A DNA stretch of 64,000 nt from Candidatus Latescibacterota bacterium. GTDB lineage: Bacteria > Latescibacterota > UBA2968 > UBA8231. The position numbers and the translations under genes are program-made. The notes beneath the pieces were generated by a model that saw only the letters and a list, made by a program, of their open reading frames with translations, was not told the DNA's origin and searched no databases. The stretch spans positions 4,032,001-4,096,000 of the forward strand of contig OZ241889.1 in NCBI GenBank assembly GCA_965203355.1, given 5' to 3'. This document shows, in pieces, positions 1 through 9,685 of this stretch; position 1 is the first letter of the stretch; every line of letters begins with the position of its first letter.

Positions 1-634
1 CTCGCTCGACATCTGGGTAGTCAGCGGCCACCTCGTCGTACACGCTGCGGAAGAAGGCCATCGAGCGGAAGACGTTGGCCTTGTCGACGCACGTTACCTT
101 CATCGGCGTCCGGCCGCGCTGCCGCGCCAACTCAAACGCGTAGCGCACCACGCGCTCCGTGCCCGTGCGCGTAATGACCATAGAGTCCACGGCCACTTCG
201 CCGCGCAACGCAATGCCGCCGTTCATGGAGGCAAAGAGCCCCTCGACATTCTCGCGCAGGATGACGAAGTCGATAGTGCCCGCCTCTAAGCCTTTGAGCG
301 GAGTATGCGCGGCGGCATAGAGGTAAATCGGCCGCACTCCCGCGTACAGGTCTAGCTGAAACCGCAAGTCAACCTGTGGCCGCATCTCCGTCCCGTCCGG
401 CCAGCGCACGTGCGGCAACCCCATCGCGCCCAACAGCACCGCATCCGCCTGACGGCATCCTTCCACCGTTGCTTCCGGCAGCGGATTTCCTTGCTCCAGA
501 TAGCACCCCGCACCACAGGGGTACTCAGCGTAGGCCAGAGCGGGAGTCCCCAAAGCATTGAGCACCTTCAGGGCCTCGTCCACGACCTCCGGTCCAATGC
601 CGTCGCCTTTGAGGACGGCGATGTCGTAGGCCAT
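1..634 (-). CDS. Isocitrate/isopropylmalate/tartrate dehydrogenase family protein (3' end runs off the window)
   Basis: Manual translation from ATG 634 gives MAYDIAVLKGDGIGPEVVDEALKVL, later LDLYAGVRP, RENVEGLF and TCVDKAN motifs. Not in the ORF track because it is truncated. Confidence 0.9.
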   Translation of the reverse strand, partial: MAYDIAVLKGDGIGPEVVDEALKVLNALGTPALAYAEYPCGAGCYLEQGNPLPEATVEGCRQADAVLLGAMGLPHVRWPDGTEMRPQVDLRFQLDLYAGVRPIYLYAAAHTPLKGLEAGTIDFVILRENVEGLFASMNGGIALRGEVAVDSMVITRTGTERVVRYAFELARQRGRTPMKVTCVDKANVFRSMAFFRSVYDEVAADYPDVER

Positions 635-636
635 TT

Positions 637-1896
637 TTAGCTCCACAAGCGGTCGTGTGGCCGCTCGTCGTCCCACTCCTCGGTGGGGCCAAAAATCTCT
701 GGCTGGTCCGAATCGGCAAATGACCGCAGCACTTCTTCGTTGAGGCCGCTAAAGCCCAGCCCCGGCCCCTCCGGCACGGCAATGTGCCCGTCCTCAATCA
801 GGGGCACTGGCAAGCCCTCGACCAAGCGGCTCCACTGTTCAAGCTGATCGACCGAGTGGTTTTCGAGCACCATGAAGTTTTCGGTCGCGGCCGCGCAATG
901 CACCGAAGCCAAGGCGGCCACCGGCGACATCGCCATGTGCAGGGCCATGGCAATGCCGTGTTCCTGCGCCAAATCGCCGATCTTTTTGGTCTCGAGGATG
1001 CCGCCGGAAGAAGCCAAATCCGGGTGGGCGACGGCTATAGCGCGCCGTTCAAAGAGGGGTAGGAAGTTTTCCTTGAGATAGATGTCCTCGCCCGTACACA
1101 CGGGCGTATCCACGGACTCGGCGAGTCGCTGCCACTGGTCGGGCAACTGCCAAGGGATCATGTCCTCGTACCAAGCGAGGCTGAACTGATCGAGCGCCTT
1201 GCCCAAGCGGATGCAGGACTCAACGCCAATGTGGCCAAAGTGATCGACGGCCAAGGGAATCTCATAGCCGATCACCTCGCGCACCTGCGCCACGTATTCG
1301 CAGAGAATATCGATGCCCTTGTTGGTAATCTGAATTCCCGTAAACGGGTGCATGATGTCGCGGCTTTCCAACATGCCCGGCGGCGCGATCAGCGCGTCTT
1401 CAATCCCCCGCAGCAACCCAATGCCGACGTCCATTTTGAGGAACTTAAACCCCCGTTCCATCCGCTCCTTGAGCAACCGTCCCATCTCCCGCCCATCGCG
1501 CCGCGTCGGGGTATCGCAGTAGCAGAGGATGCGGTCGCGGAACTTGCCACCGGCCAGTTGGTAGGCCGGTACATTATAGGCTTTGCCCGCTAGGTCCATC
1601 AGCGCCATCTCAACGCCACAGACGCCGCCGGCCTGACGCGCGTGGTGGCCGAATTGTTTGATCTTGCGGAAGAGCTTATCGACGTTGCAGGGATTTTCGC
1701 CGAGCAAGCGGCTTTTGAGCATCAGCGCATAGGTCGGGCTACCGCCATCGCGCACCTCGCCGTAGCCTGAGATACCTTGATTGGTGTCGATGCGGATGAT
1801 CGTTGCGCGGAACGGTGCCCGGCGTATGTTGGCGACGCGCATATCCGCGATCTTCAGTTCCGAGGGTCGGGAGTGCGCGTTCACATTTTCTTCCAT
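637..1896 (-). CDS. Mandelate racemase/muconate lactonizing enzyme (enolase superfamily), probable sugar-acid dehydratase
   Basis: GISGYGE, EMALMDLAGK, KFLKMD, WYED and TGED motifs. Start trimmed to MEENVNAH. Confidence 0.88.
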   Translation of the reverse strand: MEENVNAHSRPSELKIADMRVANIRRAPFRATIIRIDTNQGISGYGEVRDGGSPTYALMLKSRLLGENPCNVDKLFRKIKQFGHHARQAGGVCGVEMALMDLAGKAYNVPAYQLAGGKFRDRILCYCDTPTRRDGREMGRLLKERMERGFKFLKMDVGIGLLRGIEDALIAPPGMLESRDIMHPFTGIQITNKGIDILCEYVAQVREVIGYEIPLAVDHFGHIGVESCIRLGKALDQFSLAWYEDMIPWQLPDQWQRLAESVDTPVCTGEDIYLKENFLPLFERRAIAVAHPDLASSGGILETKKIGDLAQEHGIAMALHMAMSPVAALASVHCAAATENFMVLENHSVDQLEQWSRLVEGLPVPLIEDGHIAVPEGPGLGFSGLNEEVLRSFADSDQPEIFGPTEEWDDERPHDRLWS

Positions 1897-1980
1897 TCTT
1901 GTCTCCGTTTTCGCTAGGTGTATTTTAGGGTTTCCAATGATATTCCGCCTACATTTTCTCGTCAACTTATGGAGATCGAC

Positions 1981-2763
1981 ATGAAGCTGAAGGACAAAGT
2001 GGCCCTCATCACCGGCGGCAGCAGCGGCATTGGTCGCGCCGCGGCCGTGGCCATGGCCCGCCAAGGAGCCAACATTGCGCTGACGGCCCGCCGCGCCGAG
2101 CGCTGTGCAGAAGCTGTCGCCGAAATCGAAGGACTAGGCGGCCAAGCGTTGGCCTTGCCCGGCGACGTAGCTAACGCCGAGCACGTCGCCGAGCTGGTGG
2201 CCACCACCGTCGAGCATTGGGGCCGCCTCGACATCGTCGTGCCCAACGCCGGTATCAACGGCGTCTTCGCCCCCATCGAGGACATCGCGCCCGAGGAGTG
2301 GGAGCAGACGCACAACATCAACGTGCGCGGCACCTTCCTCACCGTCAAATACGCCATTCCCCATCTGCGTGCGGCCGGCGGCGGCAGCATTGTCGTGGTC
2401 TCCTCGGTCAACGGCAACCGCATCTTCTCCAACTTCGGCTTCACCGCGTATTCCTGCTCCAAAGCCGCCCAAGTGACCTTCGCCAAAATGGCCGCAGTCG
2501 AGCTGGCGCAGTGGGACATCCGCATCAACGTCGTCTGCCCTGGGGCCACCAAAACCAGCATCGGCGAGAACACCTTCCCCCGCGACCTCGACAAAATCCG
2601 CATCCCCCGCGAGTTTCCACAGGGCATGATTCCCCTGCAACAACGCGCCGCCAGTTCAGAAGAGGTCGCCAACGCCATTCTCTTTTTGGCGTCGGACGAG
2701 GCCAGCTATATCACCGGGACTGAAATGTATGTCGATGGGGCGTTGTCGCTGTTTCAGGGGTGA
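1981..2763 (+). CDS. SDR family NAD(P)-dependent oxidoreductase
   Basis: TGGSSGIG, NAG and YSCSK motifs. GGAG RBS before ATG 1981. Confidence 0.92.
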   Translation: MKLKDKVALITGGSSGIGRAAAVAMARQGANIALTARRAERCAEAVAEIEGLGGQALALPGDVANAEHVAELVATTVEHWGRLDIVVPNAGINGVFAPIEDIAPEEWEQTHNINVRGTFLTVKYAIPHLRAAGGGSIVVVSSVNGNRIFSNFGFTAYSCSKAAQVTFAKMAAVELAQWDIRINVVCPGATKTSIGENTFPRDLDKIRIPREFPQGMIPLQQRAASSEEVANAILFLASDEASYITGTEMYVDGALSLFQG

Positions 2764-2791
2764 GATTGCGGAGACATAAATGCTGGCTCCC

Positions 2792-3568
2792 TCAAAACGC
2801 CGTCGGCCGACCCTGCGCCCCATCCACCGGGATCATCGCTCCATTGATCCAATGGGCGCGCTCGGACACCAAAAACGCCACCACATCCGCCACCTCTTCG
2901 GGCGTCCCCAAGCGCCCAGCGGGAAACTCGCGTTCCACAAACCGCGCAAAGCGCTCGGGCTGCTCTTCCTGAAAGCGCGCCCACCCACCGCCGGGAAAAA
3001 ATATCGACCCGGGCGCGACCGCGTTGACCCGCACCCCGCATTCGGCCAACTCCAACGCCAGTGCCCCAGCGAGAAAAATCTCCGCGGCCTTCGCGCTGCC
3101 GTACTGCGCTTTGGGCCCGGGCTTCCACCCCGAGATCGACGAGACGATTGCCACCGCGCCCCCGCCGCGCTGCCGCATGTAGGGCAGGACCGCCCGCGTC
3201 GTGCGCACGGCATGGAATACGTTTAGGTCAAAGGTTGCTTCCCAGTCAGCGTCAGCGGTTTCGAGCAGGCTCTGTCCGCCAGCCGCTCCGCCCACATTGT
3301 TGACCAAAATATCCACGCCGCCCCACTCGGCCGCACAGCGCCCGACAACGGCCTCCACCTCCGGCCGCACGCGCACGTCAGCGACCTCGGCGATGGCCTC
3401 GGTCCCAGTGGCTCGCACCTGTTGCAATGCGCGCTCGAGTGGCCCTCGGTCGCGGGCGCAAATCGCCACCTTGCACCCCTCATTGGCCAGCGCCAACGCA
3501 ATCGCCCGGCCAATCCCCCGACTCCCACCAGTTATCAGAGCAATTTTGTCCTTCAGTCCTAGATCCAT
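2792..3568 (-). CDS. SDR family oxidoreductase
   Basis: TGGSRGIG, NNVG and YGSAK motifs. GGAGG RBS. Confidence 0.92.
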   Translation of the reverse strand: MDLGLKDKIALITGGSRGIGRAIALALANEGCKVAICARDRGPLERALQQVRATGTEAIAEVADVRVRPEVEAVVGRCAAEWGGVDILVNNVGGAAGGQSLLETADADWEATFDLNVFHAVRTTRAVLPYMRQRGGGAVAIVSSISGWKPGPKAQYGSAKAAEIFLAGALALELAECGVRVNAVAPGSIFFPGGGWARFQEEQPERFARFVEREFPAGRLGTPEEVADVVAFLVSERAHWINGAMIPVDGAQGRPTAF

Positions 3569-3569
3569 C

Positions 3570-4718
3570 TTATGGCCTCCTTTGTCCAAAGCGGGAAAGA
3601 CGCAGGAATTCAATGGGATGCTGGGTATCGCCTTCCAGCGCCAGTTCGGCTAAAATTTCGCCTACTACCGGAGCGAACTTGAAGCCGTGGCCGGAAAAAC
3701 CCGCCCCTAATACCACGGCCGGGCATTCGGGATGGACGTCCAAGACAAAGTTCTTATCCGGCGTCAGCGAATACATGCAGACCGCGTGTTTGCTCAGCTC
3801 GGGTTGCAACGCCGGAAAAAGTCGCGCGAGAAAGTCGAGGACGCAGGGCTGGTCGCCTTCAGCCAGTGAGCGATTGAGCAGGAGCGGGTCGGCTACCGGG
3901 TCGTGCGATACATTGTGCTCGGCCAGCTTGAGGCCCCACGGTGCTTCCGCGGGAAAACCATAGAAGTACCGTGCGCCGTCGGCCATGAAGAAGCAGGGGA
4001 ACGCGCCGCGCGCGTACTGCTCCACACCACGCCCCTGGTACCACAACAGCACCTTGCGCACTACGCACGCCTCGACGCCCAGCCGACACAGCTCCGGCAC
4101 CGCCCAAGCGCCGGTCGCCAACACCAACCGCGTGGCGAGCAAGCGCCGCCGCTCGGTTTCCACTACCACTCCTCGGCCCTCGCGCCGCCACGACAACACA
4201 ACCTCCCCGGTGTAGAGCTTCGCGCCGTGTTGCTGGGCCAGCGCGACATGCCGCCGGACGCAGTCCTCGACTCGGAGAAAGCCGCCTAGCGGATCGTAAA
4301 AGCCACTCCATTTCTCGGGAAAAGCCAAACTTGGATAGCGCGCGGCAAGGGCTGCTGCATCGAGCGGTTCGTGTGGCAGATCGTGCGCCTGATAACAGGC
4401 CGCTTGCCCCTGCATTGCCTCCGCGTCGGGATCGCCCGCCACCAACAGCCCGACGCGGGCAAAAAGTTCCCCGACCTCTTCGTCCTCCAGCTCCTCCCAC
4501 AGCGCGTAGGCCCGGTGCAACAAGGGCACGTAGTCGGGATGCTCCATGTAGGCTTTGCGAATGATGCGGGTATCTCCGTGCGAAGAGCCGCGATCGTGAG
4601 CGATGCCAAAACGCTCTACCGCACAGACGCGCACACCGCGGCACGCCAAGTGGTACAGCGCGGCACTGCCCATACCACCGGCTCCGGCGACGACGACATC
4701 GTATTGTTCTGTGATCAT
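3570..4718 (-). CDS. solA: N-methyl-L-tryptophan oxidase / monomeric sarcosine oxidase family
   Basis: GAGGMG FAD motif, GSSHGDTRIIRKAY, CMYSLTPD (flavinylation Cys) and FSGHGFKF. Confidence 0.85.
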   Translation of the reverse strand: MITEQYDVVVAGAGGMGSAALYHLACRGVRVCAVERFGIAHDRGSSHGDTRIIRKAYMEHPDYVPLLHRAYALWEELEDEEVGELFARVGLLVAGDPDAEAMQGQAACYQAHDLPHEPLDAAALAARYPSLAFPEKWSGFYDPLGGFLRVEDCVRRHVALAQQHGAKLYTGEVVLSWRREGRGVVVETERRRLLATRLVLATGAWAVPELCRLGVEACVVRKVLLWYQGRGVEQYARGAFPCFFMADGARYFYGFPAEAPWGLKLAEHNVSHDPVADPLLLNRSLAEGDQPCVLDFLARLFPALQPELSKHAVCMYSLTPDKNFVLDVHPECPAVVLGAGFSGHGFKFAPVVGEILAELALEGDTQHPIEFLRLSRFGQRRP

Positions 4719-4859
4719 GGCTTGATCATACCTCTCATCGAATCGCTCAAGAGCAAAGGGGTTTAATCTGCCTCCATCGCCCGCAACCCACAACTTGACG
4801 CCGTTAGCCCCGCCCGCGATACTGTTCTGGCTCTATCAACTCCAACTCAAGGCTTATCC

Positions 4860-5423
4860 GTGCGCATTGTCACTGGTACCTATCGCGGTCGGCAGATTCC
4901 CGCTGGGCGACACCTACGCCAGATTCGCCTCACCTCCACGCGCCTCAAAGAAGCCGTATTCTCCATGCTCGGCCCAGACTTGAAGGGCCACACCTTCCTC
5001 GACTTGTGTGCTGGCTCGGGCCAGATGGGGCTCGAAGCACTGAGCCGGGGCGCCAGCGTCGAATTCAACGAGCCAGATCACCGGCGGCGGCGGCAGATCC
5101 GCGCGCTGCTCTACCAATGGCGCACCAGCGTCGCGGGCCTGCACTCGCTCAAGGCCCAACGCCTCATCCCCCAATTAGCAGCGGCCGGTCGCCGCTTCGA
5201 CATTGTGTACGCCGATCCTCCGTATCACGCCCGCTACTGCGGCGTTCCACTCCTGTTGGGTCTCATTGAAGCCCTCGGGGAATCCGAGCTCTTCAACGAC
5301 CGGGGCCTGCTGTTTGTACAGCACCCAATCGACTTGGACGTGCCCGAGCAGAGCGGCCACCTTGCGCGCGCCGAGCAGCGAGCCTACGGCAACACCACCC
5401 TCAGCATCTATCGCCTCAACTGA
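4860..5423 (+). CDS. rsmD: 16S rRNA m2G966 methyltransferase RsmD family
   Basis: MRIVTGTYRGR, LDLCAGSGQMGLEALSRGA, DPPY and YGNT. Confidence 0.85.
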   Translation: MRIVTGTYRGRQIPAGRHLRQIRLTSTRLKEAVFSMLGPDLKGHTFLDLCAGSGQMGLEALSRGASVEFNEPDHRRRRQIRALLYQWRTSVAGLHSLKAQRLIPQLAAAGRRFDIVYADPPYHARYCGVPLLLGLIEALGESELFNDRGLLFVQHPIDLDVPEQSGHLARAEQRAYGNTTLSIYRLN

Positions 5424-5427
5424 TCCC

Positions 5428-6525
5428 ATGAAAATCACCCATATTGAAGCCATACCCGTGCGCGTGCCGAGGCCGCAGCCGTTCCAAAGCAGCCTCGGCA
5501 CACACCAAGCCTCTGAAAACGCCGTCGTCCTAATCCACACCGACGCTGGCCTCACCGGCCTTGGCGAAGCCTCCAGCATCTGGGATCGCCGCGGACGCGG
5601 AGAAAGCGAGGCCATCAACGGGCTACTCGCCGATATGCTCTGCGGCCTAGACCCGCGCCGCATCCGCGCGATCGCCGACCGCATGGATCAAGCCCTGCAC
5701 CGCTCTTTCCCGGCCAAAGCCGGCATTGAAATGGCCCTCTACGACTTGGTCGGCAAAGCCTGCGGCGCCCCGGTTTACCAACTGTTGGGCGGCCAAGTCC
5801 GCGACCGCGTGCTGCTGAGCCACTCGCTATCCATGGGCGACCCCGAGGCCATCGCCGCCCAAGCCCAGCACTTAGTAGCGCAAGGGTACAAAACCCTCAA
5901 GGCCAAGATCGGGCGAGATCTGCACGCCGACCTAGCCGTGCTCGCAGCCGTGCGCGGTGTAGTCGGCAGCGAGATCGCTCTGCGCGTAGATGCCAACATG
6001 GGTTGGTCCTCGGCCAAGGAAGCCGTGCGCTGTATCGAGGCCATCGCGGATTTTGGCTTGGAACTAGTCGAACAGCCCTTGGCAGCCGACGACTTAGAGG
6101 GCTTGCGCTTTGTCCGCGAGCGCGTCTCGCTGCCCATCATGGCCGACGAGAGCGTCTGGACGCCGGCCGACGCCCTCAACTGCGTCCGCTGCCAAGCCGT
6201 TGATGTCTTCAATGTGTACGTGTCGGAAGCCGGTGGCTTGGGAGCAGCCGCGCGCATTTTCGCCATTGCCGAAGCCGCGCGGCTACCTTGTATCATCGGC
6301 AGTATGCCCGAGCTGGGGATCGGCACCGCGGCCCAGGCCCACCTCGCCTTTGCCATGCCCAACTTGGGCTACGCCAGCGACGTGAACGGCTGCGTCTATC
6401 ATCGCGGCGACGTCATCCGCGAAAAGCTGCCCATCGCCGACGGGTACATCCTCCCGCCGGCTGGCCCGGGTCTCGGTGTCAGTCTCGACGAGGACGCCCT
6501 CGCAGAATACCGCTGCGATCGCTGA
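5428..6525 (+). CDS. Enolase superfamily, muconate cycloisomerase/dipeptide epimerase-like
   Basis: KTLKAK, VDANMGW, EQP and ADES motifs. Confidence 0.88.
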   Translation: MKITHIEAIPVRVPRPQPFQSSLGTHQASENAVVLIHTDAGLTGLGEASSIWDRRGRGESEAINGLLADMLCGLDPRRIRAIADRMDQALHRSFPAKAGIEMALYDLVGKACGAPVYQLLGGQVRDRVLLSHSLSMGDPEAIAAQAQHLVAQGYKTLKAKIGRDLHADLAVLAAVRGVVGSEIALRVDANMGWSSAKEAVRCIEAIADFGLELVEQPLAADDLEGLRFVRERVSLPIMADESVWTPADALNCVRCQAVDVFNVYVSEAGGLGAAARIFAIAEAARLPCIIGSMPELGIGTAAQAHLAFAMPNLGYASDVNGCVYHRGDVIREKLPIADGYILPPAGPGLGVSLDEDALAEYRCDR

Positions 6526-7310
6526 TGCGCTTTCGGCCTTGTATCGACCTGCACGAGGGGCAAGTCAAGCAAATCGTCGGCACCAGCCTACGCGACGGCA
6601 GCGCCCCTCAAACCCACTTCATCGCCTCCCATCCACCAGCTTACTTTGCAGCGCGCTATGGCCGCGACCAGCTCTTCGGCGGCCACGTCATCATGCTCGG
6701 CCCGGGCAACGAAGACGCGGCCGCACAGGCCCTGGCCGCCTTCCCCGGCGGCTTGCAGATTGGCGGCGGCATCCACCCGGACAATGCGGCGGATTGGCTC
6801 AGCCGCGGGGCCGCACAAGTGATCGTCACTTCCTATGTCTTTAGCGACGGCCAACTCCACCGCGACCGACTCGCGCAAATGGTCGCTGCGGTTGGGCGCG
6901 AGCGGCTGGTCTTAGACCTCAGTTGCAGCAACCGCGATGGGTGCTACGTGGTGATGACCGACCGCTGGCAAAAAGCCACGGACTTTGCCATTAGCGCGGA
7001 CAACTTGGCGCTCCTCGCCGAGTCTTGCAGCGAATTCCTCGTTCACGCCACCGGGGTCGAAGGCAAGCAGCAAGGAATCGATGCCGAGCTCGTCGCACTT
7101 TTGGGTGACATCGCGCCGCTCCCGACGACGTACGCCGGCGGCGTGTGCCGCACCGAGGACATCGAGATGATCGGCAAGCTCGGCCGCGGAAAGTTGGATT
7201 TTACGGTGGGAGCAGCACTGGATATTTTCGGGGGCACCGGGCTGCGTTACGACGATATGATATTAATCCGCGGGGAGCGCGAGGCCGCGGACAATCGCCC
7301 CAGCTTATAG
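6525..7310 (+). CDS. hisA: ProFAR isomerase, eukaryotic (His6)-type HisA
   Basis: FRPCIDLHEGQVKQIVG, GGHVIMLG, LVLDLSC, VEGKQQGID and DFTVGAALDIFGG. Coupled to the upstream gene by a TGATG overlap. Confidence 0.9.
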   Translation: MRFRPCIDLHEGQVKQIVGTSLRDGSAPQTHFIASHPPAYFAARYGRDQLFGGHVIMLGPGNEDAAAQALAAFPGGLQIGGGIHPDNAADWLSRGAAQVIVTSYVFSDGQLHRDRLAQMVAAVGRERLVLDLSCSNRDGCYVVMTDRWQKATDFAISADNLALLAESCSEFLVHATGVEGKQQGIDAELVALLGDIAPLPTTYAGGVCRTEDIEMIGKLGRGKLDFTVGAALDIFGGTGLRYDDMILIRGEREAADNRPSL

Positions 7311-7350
7311 AGCACGGCTTCTTGGCTGAAGTTCTATTATGTAGGTAGGA

Positions 7351-7628
7351 TTATGGATTGTTAGCGGGCAATTGTTGCGGAACGGGTTGGGATGCCGGAA
7401 TAAGGATCTGCTGTTGCTGTTTGACCCACATTTTTCCTCTGTCGCTGGCGATGAATTTTAAGAATTGCTCTTGGCCTTCGCACCCGTTCCGATCATCAAA
7501 CGCGGCAACGGCCTCATAAAACTGAATGTTGTATTTTCTTTGGACTTCTTGATAGTGTCTGCCTCCCATTCCATGCTACGGACTCCACACAGTAGTATAA
7601 CTATTAAAACAGGTCCGAGTTTTTACAT
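7351..7628 (-). pseudogene. Small AT-rich ORF (7351-7569), possibly the remnant of a membrane-anchored protein
   Basis: 72-aa ORF. Upstream, ATG-TAA-KLGPVLIVILLCGV lies in a different frame, which suggests a nonsense change plus a frameshift. Confidence 0.3.
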
Positions 7629-7633
7629 CGCAA

Positions 7634-8971
7634 CTAGTGCCCAGACAGGTTAAACAGGTTGATCGCCGTAAAATTGATGATGGCCCAAATCGCAAACAAC
7701 AGTGCCAACTCGGTCTTTAGCGACATTCGCTCGTCTTTGGGCACTCGCATCGCCAGATGCAGCACGGCATAAGCCATCGGTATGAGCAACAGATTGTTGG
7801 CGTTGGCACCTTTGAGCACAAAGTCGAGGGTGCGCGGATCAAACAGTATGAACAGCAGCCACCCAAATGGGAAGGCGATCTGGAAAATGCGGATCCAGCG
7901 GCGATAGCCCTCTTCTCCGGCCAGCGCATTCACCCTTAGTTGCCGCACAAAGTCAGCGCCGATCCGCCCCGAAGAAGCAGCGAATACCAGCAGCGTAGAA
8001 AAGAGCGTACAAAATCCCCCGAACATGAAGATGTAGTACGCCCAGCCGCCAATGCTCTCGGTGAAAATTAGCGAAACTTGCTCGACGACCTTCATACCTT
8101 CGGGCAAGACTTGTAGCTGATTGAGCACCGACGCGCCCAGCAGGTAGTACGCGCACGTGACCACCAACGCGATGCCCGTACACACGCTCGCATCCGCGAT
8201 CAAGACTCGCATCCAGCCCCGGTAGCGCATCTGCCATTCTGGACTATCGTCTTTTGGCCCGACGAAATCCGGGTAGCCTTTTTCCACGATCCAATAAGGA
8301 TACATGAAAAGCTCGACCGCGGTCGCCCCGACCGACCCCATCACTGCCAACGCCACAAACGCGCCTTCGGCTGGCATGGCAAAACGGAAGCCCGAGGCGA
8401 TTTGGGCACTGCTGATTGCGTAGCTCGTGCCTTGCAGTGCGAGCACCGAGCCAACTACTACCAAACTGAAGGTCGCCACCAGCGCGGACACCATTTTCTC
8501 CAAGTCGCCGTATAGCCCCCGCCACAGCAAAACCGACATTGCGAGAAAAATGACGACCGCCCATACCTGTTCAGACGCAAAGGGAAAAACCGCGACCATC
8601 AGCCCGGCCACCGATCCCAAGATGCCGATGACGGCCACTGTCACCGAGAAGTAACCCATCACGCACAGCCATGCAATCCACGAGGTGCTGCGCCAGCGCA
8701 CACCCGGCACTTGGTCGAGGATTTGCACGGTAGTGCTTTTGCGCAACAGACACTGCCGACCCAATTCGAGCTGAATCGCAAACTTGACCACACAGGCCAA
8801 GATCACGCCCCAGAGAAAGACAAAGCCAACCTCGGCCCCCATCCGCGTCGTCACCAACAACTCGCCCGAGCCGACCACCGATCCCGATACAATGACGCCG
8901 GGGCCGATATTGCGTAAGAGACCGCCGAAATGGGCTGGGGCCTCGCGGATACTGTTTTGTTCAGCGGACAT
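7634..8971 (-). CDS. Nramp/MntH-like (APC superfamily) transporter
   Basis: IGPGVIVSGSVVGSGEL, about 11 hydrophobic segments, YPYW and LFST. Confidence 0.8.
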   Translation of the reverse strand: MSAEQNSIREAPAHFGGLLRNIGPGVIVSGSVVGSGELLVTTRMGAEVGFVFLWGVILACVVKFAIQLELGRQCLLRKSTTVQILDQVPGVRWRSTSWIAWLCVMGYFSVTVAVIGILGSVAGLMVAVFPFASEQVWAVVIFLAMSVLLWRGLYGDLEKMVSALVATFSLVVVGSVLALQGTSYAISSAQIASGFRFAMPAEGAFVALAVMGSVGATAVELFMYPYWIVEKGYPDFVGPKDDSPEWQMRYRGWMRVLIADASVCTGIALVVTCAYYLLGASVLNQLQVLPEGMKVVEQVSLIFTESIGGWAYYIFMFGGFCTLFSTLLVFAASSGRIGADFVRQLRVNALAGEEGYRRWIRIFQIAFPFGWLLFILFDPRTLDFVLKGANANNLLLIPMAYAVLHLAMRVPKDERMSLKTELALLFAIWAIINFTAINLFNLSGH

Positions 8972-9185
8972 ACGTTACACTCCGTTTTGTCATCTGGGAC
9001 GCGGGCAGCTAACCTGCAAAAGCGGCTTTAAGATAGGAACTCAGGCCGAAAGTGCCAGTAGTGCGCGGAAGAATAGGCGGTCGGCAGTCCGAGCTTAGAT
9101 GATACTTGTATAGATTTTGATCTTGCGTTAAGATAAGTGCGGATCCTCATCCTCTATTAAACCTTTCATACAAGGAGTGTTAGTT

Positions 9186-9560
9186 ATGCCTTTTCCCCTT
9201 CTCATTGCAGGTGCTGTTCTGAGTGCTTTAGCTGGCGGTGCTATGATCCTAAGTGCCAGCGACAGAATCAAAAACGCAAAAGAACAATACGACCGGCGTC
9301 TCAGAAAGCACAGAAATTCTGAGCGACGCTATAAGAGTTGGCAGAAGAAAGCAGATGCGAAATTCAGTGCCCTCGGAGAGCGCAAGGGGGCCCTAGAACA
9401 GTTTTACAGCCTGCTTCACCGGGCCGTGGACACGGGTAACGACCAGCAACTACAAACGGCTCTCAGCGGTATCCTTGGTATTATTCAAGAGAATCCACTA
9501 AAGGATTTCGCCGAATTCAAAAAGAACATGGCGGATCCCAACTTCGTGCTTGAAGTGTAG
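9186..9560 (+). CDS. Hypothetical protein with an N-terminal hydrophobic helix and a coiled coil
   Basis: AAGGAG RBS 8 nt before ATG 9186. Begins MPFPLLIAGAVLSALAGGAM. Confidence 0.6.
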   Translation: MPFPLLIAGAVLSALAGGAMILSASDRIKNAKEQYDRRLRKHRNSERRYKSWQKKADAKFSALGERKGALEQFYSLLHRAVDTGNDQQLQTALSGILGIIQENPLKDFAEFKKNMADPNFVLEV

Positions 9561-9596
9561 TTGGCGAACTAGTGTAACTCGTGTAAACGAATCATG

Positions 9597-9627
9597 CGTA
9601 GGGGAGAGCTTACAACTCTCCTCTACG
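9597..9627. repeat. GTAG-type palindrome (REP-like hairpin)
   Basis: CGTAGGGGAGAG-CTTACAA-CTCTCCTCTACG forms a 12-bp stem with one G-T pair. Confidence 0.5.
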
Positions 9628-9685
9628 GCATTTCAGGCCGTATTGATAGCCAATCCCTGCGAGAACTGTCCCGAGGAATGATCAG

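Noticed and set aside
5203-5427. Long N-terminal extensions in the ORF track (here and at 1897-2064, 6288, 14010, 26828-27463, 34240, 42409)
   Set aside because: They overlap neighbouring genes. Starts were reassigned using motifs and RBS positions.
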